This document shows positions 47,136 through 56,503 of a DNA stretch of 64,000 nucleotides, in pieces. The notes under the pieces were generated by a model. The model was not told the origin of the DNA, made no database searches, and worked only from the letters and a program-made list of their open reading frames with translations. The stretch is from the NCBI GenBank assembly GCA_964436045.1, contig CAYTBN010000027.1, positions 1,409-65,408 on the forward strand, read 5' to 3'. Positions within the stretch are counted from its first letter, which is position 1. Every line of letters starts with the position of its first letter. The translations under genes were made by a program, and so were the position numbers. Source of the DNA: an uncultured Rickettsiales bacterium. GTDB taxonomy: Bacteria > Myxococcota_A > UBA796 > UBA9615 > CAYRNR01.

Positions 47136-49601
47136 TCACAGCTCCCCCAGGCGTGAGGCCGCCTTGTCGTAGTACGTGAACCCGTCGCCACGGGGGGCGA
47201 TCGCCATCACCTGCTCGTACGACTCGCGCGCGGACTCGACGCCCCCGCCGCGTTCGGTCTGGTACCCCTCCAGGTAGATACCCTTGGCGATCTCCTCGAG
47301 CTCCTTGCGTCCGGCCGAGATGCCCTTGTGGCTCGACCACGCCTTGCGCCCCGAGCTCCATTCGAAGTTGGCCTTGGCGTACTTGCCGTTGTCGAAGGCC
47401 TCCCGACCACGCCGGTAGCGGCACTCGGCCAAGCCCTGTCGGATCTCGTCCCGCCGGTTGTTGCTGCCTTCCATCCGCGTGACGTTCTTGTACGAGGACT
47501 CGAAGCGGTCCAACGCCGCGTCCAGCTCACCGCGGTCCATCGCCTTGTTGCCGGCGGCGAAGGCCCGCTCGACGCGGTCGAGGCGGCCGAGCACGTCCTG
47601 CAGCTCGAGCTTCTGCCCGGGATCGGAGGCCGTGTCGATGGCCCGCTCGAGGGTGGATCGCGCCTGCTCGACATCGCCCGCCGTATAGGCCGATATTGCC
47701 TGTTCGGCGACCTTCTCGGCCGAGCTCGAGGAGCGGCGTTCGTCCCGCGACGAGCGATCGCGGTCACGGTCCCGATCGCGGTCACGGTCACGGCCCGCCT
47801 CCTGCGCGGGGGTACTGTCCTCGGTCGCCACCGTTTCGGGGATGCCAGCGGTGTCCAGCTCCCGCCCCAGGTTCTCCTTGTACTGCTCGATCAGCTTCTT
47901 GCGCTTCCGCGGCTTGGCCTCGGCGATGGACCTCAGCTCATCGGGCCCGCTGACCGCGGGGTCGTAGGCCTCCGCCCCGTCCAGCGAAGCGAGGGCGTCG
48001 TCGATGTTGTCGTTCTCGAGGGCCACCACCGCCTCGTCCACCATCCGGCGGGCCACCAGCGGGATCATCGGCTCCACCAGCGACTTGGCCTGGATGAAGT
48101 AGCAGGAGGTGGCCGGAATACTCTTGTAGGCCTCGTAGGCACGGCCGAAGTCCAGATGCACGCTGGACTGGCTGTACAGCTTGACGAACTCCTGGACGTC
48201 CCCCAGCCGGGACAGGTTGTCCCGCTCCTGGGCGATGTTCTGGAGGTAGGCCTGGGCCTCGGTGTAGCGGGGATCGATATCGATCAACTGAACCAGGTAG
48301 CCCTCGGCGGTGTCCCAGTCCTGCTCGTCGTACGAGGCCGCCCCCGCCAGGTACATCGGCTCCATGTCGCGGCGGGTGTTGCCCGCACCGAAGTTGAACA
48401 TGTAGCCGGCGGCCTGGAACAACAGCGCGAGCACGATCACGACGCCGACAGATCCCAGGATCGCCAGCTGCCAGGTGCGGAACTGGAGCCCCCCCACCGC
48501 CACGAGCCCCTTCTTCGCGGGCTTGGCTGCGGTCTGGGCAACCGGCGCGGCCTGACGCGGAGGCGCCGTCTGGGGCCCCAGGGTCGCGCCGGCCTGGACG
48601 CTCGGTGGCAACGCGCTCACTTCGCGCATGGTCGCCGCGGTGCGACCGCTGCGAGAGGGCGGGCCGGGTGTCAGTGCCTGGGTCGGATGGCCGGACGGCG
48701 GCAGCGGCGCCGCCGCACTCATCTGGGCTGCGAGGGACGCTGGCGCAGCCTCGCCTGGCCGCCGGAAGAGCATCAGCACGCCGCCGATCTGCAGGCGCGT
48801 CCCGTTGATCAGCTCCGCCTGGGCGACGTCCTGGCTGTCCACCCGGATTCCGTTGGTGGACCCGGTGTCCTTGACCACGTACCGTCCGCCGTCCAGGTCG
48901 ACCCTGGCGTGCTGGCGGGACACGAACGGGTCGTCCAGTACCAGGTTGTTGCGGCTGCCGGCGCCGATGGTCACACCCCGACTCCCGACCGTGATCATGT
49001 GCCCCTTGCCGTCGCCGTCGACGATCTCGAGATAGGCGTGACCCTCGCGCGCGGTCATTCCACTCTCGGTCGCCCGCACGACGTCGGCCGGCGAGGCCCC
49101 CCCCGGCGCCCGTCCGGCGAGGGGGTCGGTCATGGGCATCGAGCGGGCGAACTGGCCCGGCGGAGTGGCGGGGGGCTGTGCCGGTGCCGCCTCCACGGGA
49201 TCCAGCAGGTCGGAGACATCCGCGTCCGCCGGCGAAGGGGCGCCCGGATCGAAGGCCTCGGGGACCGGCGAGCTGCCCTTGGGCCGCAGGTAGCCCGGCA
49301 GCCCCTCGTCGCCCTCGGCGAACACCAGTTCGTAGGGGCCTACCCGGATCCGGTCGCCGGTGGAGATGGCCACCTCGCCGTCGACCCGGATCCCGTTGAT
49401 CAGGGTGCCGTTGGACGAGTTGAGGTCCTTTGCGGCAAACCCGCCATCCTGCTTGATGATCTGACAATGGAACTTGCTGACCTGGCGGTCGCCGAGCACG
49501 AGGTGGTTGCGACTGTCCCGGCCGACGGCGAACTCGTCCCGGTCGACCGGGCGGGAGAAGCTCCGCCCGTCGGCCGTACTGACGGTGATCTGCGCCGTCA
49601 T
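47136..49601 (-). CDS. Double-FHA-domain membrane protein with C-terminal TPR-like domain
   Basis: Two FHA cores are present: FAVGRDSRNHLVL...SSNGTLINGIRV and ITVGSRGVTIGAGSRNNLVL...STNGIRV. A Pro/Ala-rich linker follows. One TM helix is present (LAILGSVGVVIVLALLF). A (DR)5 low-complexity tract and helical TPR-like repeats follow. Confidence 0.75.
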   Translation of the reverse strand: MTAQITVSTADGRSFSRPVDRDEFAVGRDSRNHLVLGDRQVSKFHCQIIKQDGGFAAKDLNSSNGTLINGIRVDGEVAISTGDRIRVGPYELVFAEGDEGLPGYLRPKGSSPVPEAFDPGAPSPADADVSDLLDPVEAAPAQPPATPPGQFARSMPMTDPLAGRAPGGASPADVVRATESGMTAREGHAYLEIVDGDGKGHMITVGSRGVTIGAGSRNNLVLDDPFVSRQHARVDLDGGRYVVKDTGSTNGIRVDSQDVAQAELINGTRLQIGGVLMLFRRPGEAAPASLAAQMSAAAPLPPSGHPTQALTPGPPSRSGRTAATMREVSALPPSVQAGATLGPQTAPPRQAAPVAQTAAKPAKKGLVAVGGLQFRTWQLAILGSVGVVIVLALLFQAAGYMFNFGAGNTRRDMEPMYLAGAASYDEQDWDTAEGYLVQLIDIDPRYTEAQAYLQNIAQERDNLSRLGDVQEFVKLYSQSSVHLDFGRAYEAYKSIPATSCYFIQAKSLVEPMIPLVARRMVDEAVVALENDNIDDALASLDGAEAYDPAVSGPDELRSIAEAKPRKRKKLIEQYKENLGRELDTAGIPETVATEDSTPAQEAGRDRDRDRDRDRDRSSRDERRSSSSAEKVAEQAISAYTAGDVEQARSTLERAIDTASDPGQKLELQDVLGRLDRVERAFAAGNKAMDRGELDAALDRFESSYKNVTRMEGSNNRRDEIRQGLAECRYRRGREAFDNGKYAKANFEWSSGRKAWSSHKGISAGRKELEEIAKGIYLEGYQTERGGGVESARESYEQVMAIAPRGDGFTYYDKAASRLGEL

Positions 49602-51019
49602 CTACGGGCGTCCTTCATCGCCTGCTCGATCTGCGCAAGCTCGCGGGCGGCGTACTGGAAGCGCTCATCGGTCTCATCGTCGATGAGCCGCATGATGAAT
49701 CCCAGCTCCTCCTGGCCCTCCCGGTAGTTCCCGGCGCGCTTGAGCTTCTGGTAGTGAAACAGCGCGTCCCGATGCTTCTGGTCGCGCAGGTCCTCGGCCT
49801 CCCGCAGCTTGGCCTCCACGTCCGCGACCAGCGAGCCGGGCTCCCCCAGCAGTTGCAGGGTGGCATTGGAGTTTCGCAGCTGCTGGATCGCCTGCGTCAG
49901 GTTCCCGTCCTGGAGGTGGTGCTCCTCGAGCTTCTTGCTGCCCACGTCCAGGTACTTCTGTGCGTCCGCCCGCAATTCGGCGTCCGACCGTCCCGCCCGG
50001 TCGCCCACGATCACCGGTGCCGACGAGCCACCCGCCTCGCCCCGGTCATAGGTCGCGGTGCCGGCGGTGCCGGCTCCCGGCACGATGGCATCCTTCCAGG
50101 CCCAGAGCGCCAGCAGCAGCATCACCAGCAACATCGCGGCGCGCACACCGTTGCTCTGCAGCGGGGACTTCTTGCTCTTCTGGCGGGCGGTGACCCCGTC
50201 GGCCATGCCGTCGGTCGCCTCCTGGATCGCCACCGACAATCGGCGCGGGTCCAGCTCGTCGAGCTCTGCTTGATCCTGGGCCGGTTTGCTGGGATCGGTC
50301 AGGATGACCGCCTGGCTGGGGCCCGGCTGCGCGACCGGCGCGGGCGCGCAGCCGGGCAGCACCCGTGTGTGCTCGTCGTCGCCGCGCCCGGGCACGCCGA
50401 GCTGGGCCGCGCCGCTGGCTGCGGCGGGCTGGGCCACCGGGCTGCCGAGGAGCTGGGGGGCCGCGGGGGCACTCTCCTTGGACCGGCCGCGCGGCAGCAC
50501 CTGGGTGTGCTGGTCGTCGGGCCGTCCGGGATCCTCCAGGTCGTCCGCCGGCTCCAGCGGTGCGTTGGGCACCAGATCCAGCGAGTCCTCGTCGTCGTCG
50601 TCGAGGCCGTCCAGGCTGATCTCGGGCATCGCCGGGCCGGGCGCCAGCGGATCGGGCGCGCTCCTCGCCCCGGCACCCCGGCTGGCGCGGTAATCCAGCG
50701 TCCGCGGCCCGGTCTGCTCCGGCCGGCTCAGATCGGGGTCGAAGCGCAGCTTGTAGTCGCAGACCGTGATCTCGTCGCCGGCCTTCAGCTCGACGTTGCT
50801 GACCTTCTCGCCATTGACGTGGGTCGGGTTGCGGCTGTGGCCCACCACCAGCACCGCCCGGGCGGCCTGGGCGTGGATCGCGCAGTGCACCCGGGAGACC
50901 GACGGGTCGTCGAAGACGATCTCGCAGCCGCGATCCCTGCCGATCCGGATCACCTGGGAGCGGAAGGTCACCAGCGGACCGGTCTCACGCTTGTCCAGGA
51001 TCTGGATCTTCACCGGCAT
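49598..51019 (-). CDS. FHA-domain membrane protein
   Basis: Start MPVKIQILDK. The FHA core is IRIGRDRGCEIVFDDPSVSRVHCAI...NPTHVNGEKV. An acidic disordered region and one TM helix (AAMLLVMLLLALWAW) follow. The C-terminus is coiled-coil-like. Confidence 0.7.
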   Translation of the reverse strand: MPVKIQILDKRETGPLVTFRSQVIRIGRDRGCEIVFDDPSVSRVHCAIHAQAARAVLVVGHSRNPTHVNGEKVSNVELKAGDEITVCDYKLRFDPDLSRPEQTGPRTLDYRASRGAGARSAPDPLAPGPAMPEISLDGLDDDDEDSLDLVPNAPLEPADDLEDPGRPDDQHTQVLPRGRSKESAPAAPQLLGSPVAQPAAASGAAQLGVPGRGDDEHTRVLPGCAPAPVAQPGPSQAVILTDPSKPAQDQAELDELDPRRLSVAIQEATDGMADGVTARQKSKKSPLQSNGVRAAMLLVMLLLALWAWKDAIVPGAGTAGTATYDRGEAGGSSAPVIVGDRAGRSDAELRADAQKYLDVGSKKLEEHHLQDGNLTQAIQQLRNSNATLQLLGEPGSLVADVEAKLREAEDLRDQKHRDALFHYQKLKRAGNYREGQEELGFIMRLIDDETDERFQYAARELAQIEQAMKDARR

Positions 51020-51036
51020 GGGTCCGCGCTGCTCGT

Positions 51037-51945
51037 TCACACCAGGTCCCCGTTCATGTAACGCACGATCAGCGGGCCGAACATGGTCAGGAACACCGCG
51101 ATCAAGATCATCAGGATCGGGAACAGGATCTTGATGGTCGCCTCGGCTGCGATCTTCTCGGCCCGCTGGGTCCGCTTCAACCGGTTGGCCTGGGCCTGCA
51201 CCTGGAGGATCCGGGACAGCGGCGTCCCCATCGCCTCGGCCTGCACCACCGCGCCGACCACGGAGGTGACGTACTCGGACTGGATTCGATCCGACATGTT
51301 CAGCAGGGCCTCGCGCCGGGTCACACCGAGCCGGATCTCCTGCAGCACGTAGTGCAGCTCCTCGATCAGCGGGCCCTTCTGGCTCTCCTTGCTGACCACC
51401 GAGTCCAGGGCGGTGTTGAAGTCCAGCCCGGCCCCCAGGCTCAAGCTCAGCAGGTCGAGCACGAAGGGCAGGTGGCGGTTGACCGCCGACAGCCGGCGAA
51501 TGATCAGATCCTCCATGTAGAGGAAGGGCAGGTAGGCGCTGATCATCCCCGGGATCATCGCCAGCAATGGGCTGGCGCCGCCGAGCCCCACCGCGGTGAA
51601 GGCGATGCCGAACAGCATGCCGCTGATCCCGGCACACACGCAGGTGGCCAGGAACTCGTCGGGGGTGAATCCGCCCGGGTGACCGGCGCGGGCCAGCTTG
51701 ACCTTGAGTCCCGCTCGGACCTTGTCCAGATCCAGCGTCCCGATCCAGTAGGTGGGGATGAAGATCAGGATCCGGAGCATCACGTAGGCCTGGTTGCTGT
51801 CGGCCAGCTGCTGGCGCTTGAAAGCAACGAACCCCTTCTCGGGCGCCTCGCCGTCCCAGTCCTCGTCGGGGGCCATCGCCCGCACGGCCGCGTAGACCGC
51901 CAGGAACAGGACCGCGGATGCGAACAGGCCGTAGATGTACAGCAT
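51037..51945 (-). CDS. TadC/GspF-like inner-membrane platform protein
   Basis: T2SSF-domain features (LGAGLDFNTALDSV...QAEAMGTPLSRIL) and three TM segments. Confidence 0.8.
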   Translation of the reverse strand: MLYIYGLFASAVLFLAVYAAVRAMAPDEDWDGEAPEKGFVAFKRQQLADSNQAYVMLRILIFIPTYWIGTLDLDKVRAGLKVKLARAGHPGGFTPDEFLATCVCAGISGMLFGIAFTAVGLGGASPLLAMIPGMISAYLPFLYMEDLIIRRLSAVNRHLPFVLDLLSLSLGAGLDFNTALDSVVSKESQKGPLIEELHYVLQEIRLGVTRREALLNMSDRIQSEYVTSVVGAVVQAEAMGTPLSRILQVQAQANRLKRTQRAEKIAAEATIKILFPILMILIAVFLTMFGPLIVRYMNGDLV

Positions 51946-52805
51946 CAGATGTCCGCCGCCAGGATCCGCCGGATGAGGAACACGCCGACGGCCTCGAAGG
52001 CCAGGATCAGGAAGATGATCACGTAGCCCTTTGGATCGGTGAACAGCTCGGAGATGTACTCGGGATCGATCAGATAGACGGCGAAGGCGAAGGCGGCCGG
52101 CATGCCACCGATGACCCAGCCCTGGAGCTTACCCTGGGCGGTCATGGTCTTGATCTTCTCCTCCAGGCGGAAGATCTCGCGGATCGCCGACGAGGTGTCC
52201 TCGAACACCTGGGGCACGTTGCCGCCGTGGACCCGGGTGATCAGGATCCCGGTCATCACCATGTCGAAGAACCGGCTGCGCAGCCGGTTGCCCATCTTGA
52301 CCAGCGCCTCCTCCAGGGTCAGCCCCAGCTTGTGCTCCTTGAGCATCAGCCGGAACTCCTGGTTGATGGGCGGCTCCATGGAGTCGGAGACCACGTCCAT
52401 TGCCTGGGTCAGCACCAGGCCGGCGCGCATGGAGTTGGCCATCGACTGCAGGGCGTCGATCAGCTGCTGGTCGAACTTCTCCATCCGCTTCTGGCGGGCG
52501 CGTCGCAGCAGGAAGGTGGGCACGAAGTAGGCCAGCCCGGCGATCACGATGGCCCCGAACCAGCCGATGAAGTTGGCCACACCCAGGAAGACCAGGATCA
52601 TGAAGGCGATGTGGTAGACGAAGAACCGCTTGGGCGAGAACTCGATGTACAGGTCGTCCAGCTGGGAGCCGACCCAGTCCACGTAGCGCGCATAGAAGTC
52701 GTCGAGCTTCTGGGTCACCCAGCGTCCGTTGAGCGCCACCACCAGGAGCATGGTCACCAGGAAGCCCAGCACCACCAGGATCAGGAACGGGGTCGAGGTC
52801 CACAT
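51945..52805 (-). CDS. TadB/GspF-like inner-membrane platform protein
   Basis: T2SSF-domain features (MANSMRAGLVLTQAMD...) and TM segments. Its stop and start are adjacent to the flanking genes. Confidence 0.8.
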   Translation of the reverse strand: MWTSTPFLILVVLGFLVTMLLVVALNGRWVTQKLDDFYARYVDWVGSQLDDLYIEFSPKRFFVYHIAFMILVFLGVANFIGWFGAIVIAGLAYFVPTFLLRRARQKRMEKFDQQLIDALQSMANSMRAGLVLTQAMDVVSDSMEPPINQEFRLMLKEHKLGLTLEEALVKMGNRLRSRFFDMVMTGILITRVHGGNVPQVFEDTSSAIREIFRLEEKIKTMTAQGKLQGWVIGGMPAAFAFAVYLIDPEYISELFTDPKGYVIIFLILAFEAVGVFLIRRILAADI

Positions 52806-54406
52806 CAGAGGAACTCCCCGTCGGTGATGATGCCGCGCGCCACCAGGTCGGGGATGAAGGTCGGGATGTAGCCGGTGGTCTTGGTCTCCCCCATCACCGT
52901 GCCGTCCTCGGCCAGCCCATGCCGCAGGAAACGGAAGATCGGCTCGACCACGAAGTCGCCGTGCTCGTCCAACCGGGTCACCTCGGCGACCTCGGTGACC
53001 TTTCGGCTGCCGTCGCTCAGCCGCTCCTGGTGGACGATCAGATCGATCGCCGACGTGATCTGGTGGCGGACCGCGGAGATGGGCAGATCCATGCCGCTCA
53101 TCAGCACCATGGTCTCCAGCCGCGCGAGCATGTCCGACGTGGAGTTGGAGTGGCCGGTGGTCAGCGAGCCGTCGTGACCGGTGTTCATCGCCTGGAGCAT
53201 GTCCAGGGCCTCACCGCCGCGGCACTCTCCGACGATGATGCGGTCGGGCCGCATGCGCAGGGAGTTCTTGACCAGGTCGCGGATCGTGAATTCGCCCCGG
53301 CCCTCGATGTTGGCCGGCCGCGCCTCCAGGCAGACCACGTGCTCCTGGTCCAGTCGCAGCTCCGCCGAGTCCTCGATGGTGACGATCCGCTCCTTGTCAG
53401 GGATGAAGGTACTCAGCACGTTGAGCAGGGTGGTCTTGCCGCTACCGGTTCCGCCGCTGACCAGCACGTTGCAGCGCCCGCGCACCGCCCGCTGCAGGAA
53501 GCGGGCGATCTGGGGGGTCATCGTGTTGAACCCGATCAGGTCTTTCATCGTCAGCGGGTCGCGGCGGAACTTGCGGATGGTGATGCACGGGCCACGGATC
53601 GCCAGCGGCGGGATGATCGCGTTGACGCGGCTGCCGTCCTTGAGCCGGGCGTCCACCAGCGGCGATGACTCGTCGATCCGCCGGCCCAGCGGGGTGACGA
53701 TCCGCTCGATGACCGCCCGGATGGCATCGTTGCTGGTGAAGGTCTTGTCCGTCAGGGTGATCTTGCCGAGCTTCTCGATGTAGATCAGGTCCTTGCAGAC
53801 CACCATCACCTCGGTGATGTCGTCGTCCTTGAGGAAGTCCTCCAGCGGGCCGAGCCCCAGTGCCTCGTCGAGGATCTCCTTGACCAGCACCGCCCGGTCG
53901 ACGTGCTCCGGGATGGAGACCTTGCCGGCTCCGATGATCTCCTCGAGGGCCTGCTTGGACTGGCGGAAGACCTCCTCCTCGCCCAGGGCCTCGATATCGA
54001 GCCGCTTGAGGTCCAGGTGGTCCAGCAGCGTGTCGTGCATCGTGCGCTTGGTCTGCAGAACCGGGTCGTCCGCGCGCCGTTCGGCGATGGACGGGCCGCC
54101 GACCCGCGCGTCGGCGCTCACCAGGTCGACCTCGACCCGGCAGTCGCCGAGGATCACGTCGTCGCCCTCGCGCAGCATGACGTAGGAGTCGATGGGGGCA
54201 CCGTTGACCAGCGTGCCGTTGACGCTGGCGTCGATCAGCGACACCTCCTCGTCGTTGAAGAACACCCGTGCGTGCTGGCGGGAGACCGCCGGCGAGTTGA
54301 GCACGAGCTCGTTGGCATTGGGATCACGGCCGATGCGCACGGGCGAATTGGCGAACACCCGTTCCTGGACCTGACCATCCGAGCCGAGGTACCGCACTCT
54401 GAGCAT
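52805..54406 (-). CDS. FHA-domain-fused CpaF/TadA-family secretion ATPase
   Basis: The N-terminal FHA is VRIGRDPNANELVLNSPAVSRQHARVFF...SVNGTLVNGAPI. The C-terminal ATPase has Walker A GGTGSGKTTLLNVL, IIVGECRGGEALD and MNTGHDGSLTTGHSNS. Confidence 0.85.
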   Translation of the reverse strand: MLRVRYLGSDGQVQERVFANSPVRIGRDPNANELVLNSPAVSRQHARVFFNDEEVSLIDASVNGTLVNGAPIDSYVMLREGDDVILGDCRVEVDLVSADARVGGPSIAERRADDPVLQTKRTMHDTLLDHLDLKRLDIEALGEEEVFRQSKQALEEIIGAGKVSIPEHVDRAVLVKEILDEALGLGPLEDFLKDDDITEVMVVCKDLIYIEKLGKITLTDKTFTSNDAIRAVIERIVTPLGRRIDESSPLVDARLKDGSRVNAIIPPLAIRGPCITIRKFRRDPLTMKDLIGFNTMTPQIARFLQRAVRGRCNVLVSGGTGSGKTTLLNVLSTFIPDKERIVTIEDSAELRLDQEHVVCLEARPANIEGRGEFTIRDLVKNSLRMRPDRIIVGECRGGEALDMLQAMNTGHDGSLTTGHSNSTSDMLARLETMVLMSGMDLPISAVRHQITSAIDLIVHQERLSDGSRKVTEVAEVTRLDEHGDFVVEPIFRFLRHGLAEDGTVMGETKTTGYIPTFIPDLVARGIITDGEFL

Positions 54407-54443
54407 CGCTAACCGATCCTCCGTTCGTCGCGCCGACGGGCCA

Positions 54444-55613
54444 CTAGGGCCACATCTTCATCTCGCGATACTCCTCGATGTTGCGGTCGATCAGGTCCCG
54501 GTTCTCATCGCCGTCGGGCTCGATCAGGTACGGGGTGATGAAGATCACGCCGTCGGTGTCGTCCTTGCTGAAGTTCCGGGTGCTGAAGAAAGCGCCGAGC
54601 AGTGGGACCTCGGACAGCCAGGGCATGCCCGCGACCTCACGCTTGCTCTTGTGCCGTACCACCCCGGCCAGGGCCAGGCTCTGGCCCTCCTTGAGCAGCA
54701 CGGTGGTCTCCTGCTTCTTGTTGCTCAGGGTGTAGACACCGGACTCGAACGAGGTGATGTCGGAGATCTCGTAGTTGACCTGCAGGTGAACGTTGTCGCG
54801 CCGGTCGATGCGCGGCGTGGCCTCCAGGATGACCCCGAACGGCCGCTCGACCAGGTTGACCGTGCTCTGGGTCTGCACCGGGATCAGCAACACGCCGCCG
54901 TACTCGTAGTGGGTCGTCTCGCCGTGGAGCACCGTGGCCTCGTGGGACTCCCACACCCGGGTGAAGGCCTGCTGGGCGTCGAAGTTGACCAACTGATCCA
55001 GCTGCACGGTCGGGCCGTTTCGGACCACGTCCATCCAGTTGAAGACCATCGTGGCCAGGTTGCCCGACAGGTTCATCCCGTATTCCTTGGCCTTCTCGCG
55101 ATCGACCTCGACGAAGTCGAACGCCAGCCGGAACATGGGCTTGAGGTCCACGGCCTTGGGATCCAGCCGGGCCAGGTTGACCACCACGTCGTAGGCCGCG
55201 GCGATCCCGTTGATGCGCTCCATGTCGTCCGAGGTCAGCACCTCGCCGGAGACCAGCAACCTGCCGCCGACGATGTTGACCGAGATGCCCTCGACGTCGA
55301 TCAGCATGTCCTCGATCGTGTCGCGCAGCTCGTCGAGGCTGTCCTCGGAATAGACCGTGATCTTGTAGGTCGTGTCGCCGACGGTGACCGACGAGTAGCC
55401 GGCCGCAATCGCCTTGAGCACCACCTGATTCCCCTTGGCGATGACCTTGACGATCTTCTCGTTGCCGGGGATCACCGTGGTGCGCTGGGACACAGAGACC
55501 ACGTGGGTGTCCCCGACCTTCATCGAGAGTGTCTCCTCCTCGGCGCTCGCCGTCGCGGCGAGAATCAGCAGGAGGAGGAACAACAGCGGCGCGATTGCGT
55601 TTCGTACCTTCAC
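54444..55613 (-). CDS. Secretin (CpaC/RcpA-like), short form
   Basis: Signal peptide MKVRNAIAPLLFLLLLILAATASA. The C-terminal secretin domain contains GMPWLSEVPLLGAFFS...VIFITP. 389 aa. Confidence 0.8.
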   Translation of the reverse strand: MKVRNAIAPLLFLLLLILAATASAEEETLSMKVGDTHVVSVSQRTTVIPGNEKIVKVIAKGNQVVLKAIAAGYSSVTVGDTTYKITVYSEDSLDELRDTIEDMLIDVEGISVNIVGGRLLVSGEVLTSDDMERINGIAAAYDVVVNLARLDPKAVDLKPMFRLAFDFVEVDREKAKEYGMNLSGNLATMVFNWMDVVRNGPTVQLDQLVNFDAQQAFTRVWESHEATVLHGETTHYEYGGVLLIPVQTQSTVNLVERPFGVILEATPRIDRRDNVHLQVNYEISDITSFESGVYTLSNKKQETTVLLKEGQSLALAGVVRHKSKREVAGMPWLSEVPLLGAFFSTRNFSKDDTDGVIFITPYLIEPDGDENRDLIDRNIEEYREMKMWP

Positions 55614-55620
55614 GTCAACC

Positions 55621-56439
55621 TCAGCGGATGATGTTGATCAGCTCGTTGCGCTTCGTCTGGACCTGGTTGCGCTTCTTCTCGCCGAAGACGTCGCTGAAGT
55701 CCTTGGGCGGCAGCGCCAACTCGGTGGTGATGTCGTTCTCGTTGCGCAGGGACAGCGCGATCTTGCCCTTGTCGACCGAGAAGGTGAGCAGCTCCGCCTC
55801 CTCGGGGGTGACCAGCACGGTCACGGTCTGGTAGCCGCGGCCCGAGGTGGACTCCGACGAGCCCCGCTCCTTGCTGCCCAGGCGGGCACCCACCGCCAGC
55901 ACGGTCACGTTCTGCAGCAGGGTGATGGTGACCCACTCCTTCTTCTCGGGCTTCATGAAGGTGCCGAGGATGTCCACGTGGTCGTTGGGCTGGAGCAGGC
56001 CGCCCATGGAGGAGACCTGGTCGACCGGGATCGACATCGCCCGCCACCCCTCCTTGACCACCTGGTCCAGCTCCACGTCGGAGCGCGGGTCGGAGAAGTC
56101 TGTCCACAGCAGGGTCTGCCCCTCGCGGATGGTATGGGCCACCCGCTGGCCGACGATCCGCTCCCACTCGTTGATGAACACCGACTGCGGGTGCACGTAG
56201 GACTCGGGCACCTCGATCTGCGTCAGCATGTCGTGGGAGATGGGTTTGTCTGCTGCGATGTCGAACTTGGCGGCGACCAGGGTCACCTTCTCACCGGCGA
56301 CGCCGTACTTGGCCGCCAGCTGCTGGGTATAGATGTACAAGAGCAGCACCGCGAGGATCGCCAGACCGAGGGAGACCAGCAACACCTTCCGTCGATTGGA
56401 GGGTACACCGCTGGTCGCATTCTGCTTGTTGTCCGCCAC
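55621..56439 (-). CDS. CpaB/RcpC-like Flp pilus assembly protein
   Basis: N-terminal TM (VLLVSLGLAILAVLLLYIY) and a SAF/CpaB-like periplasmic region. Confidence 0.65.
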   Translation of the reverse strand: MADNKQNATSGVPSNRRKVLLVSLGLAILAVLLLYIYTQQLAAKYGVAGEKVTLVAAKFDIAADKPISHDMLTQIEVPESYVHPQSVFINEWERIVGQRVAHTIREGQTLLWTDFSDPRSDVELDQVVKEGWRAMSIPVDQVSSMGGLLQPNDHVDILGTFMKPEKKEWVTITLLQNVTVLAVGARLGSKERGSSESTSGRGYQTVTVLVTPEEAELLTFSVDKGKIALSLRNENDITTELALPPKDFSDVFGEKKRNQVQTKRNELINIIR

Positions 56440-56503
56440 AGGACCTCCCTGGGGATCGATTCCGGATTCCAGGAGCGCGGGGATTGGGGACGCCCCGAAG
56501 GCG

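Noticed and set aside
45998-47191. Using the track ATG at 47191 as the cpaF2 start
   Set aside because: It would overlap the upstream FHA gene by 56 nt. A GTG at 47134 with a GGGGAG RBS 7 nt upstream gives a 1-nt gap instead and still leaves the conserved T2SSE N-terminal motif intact. The ATG remains possible.
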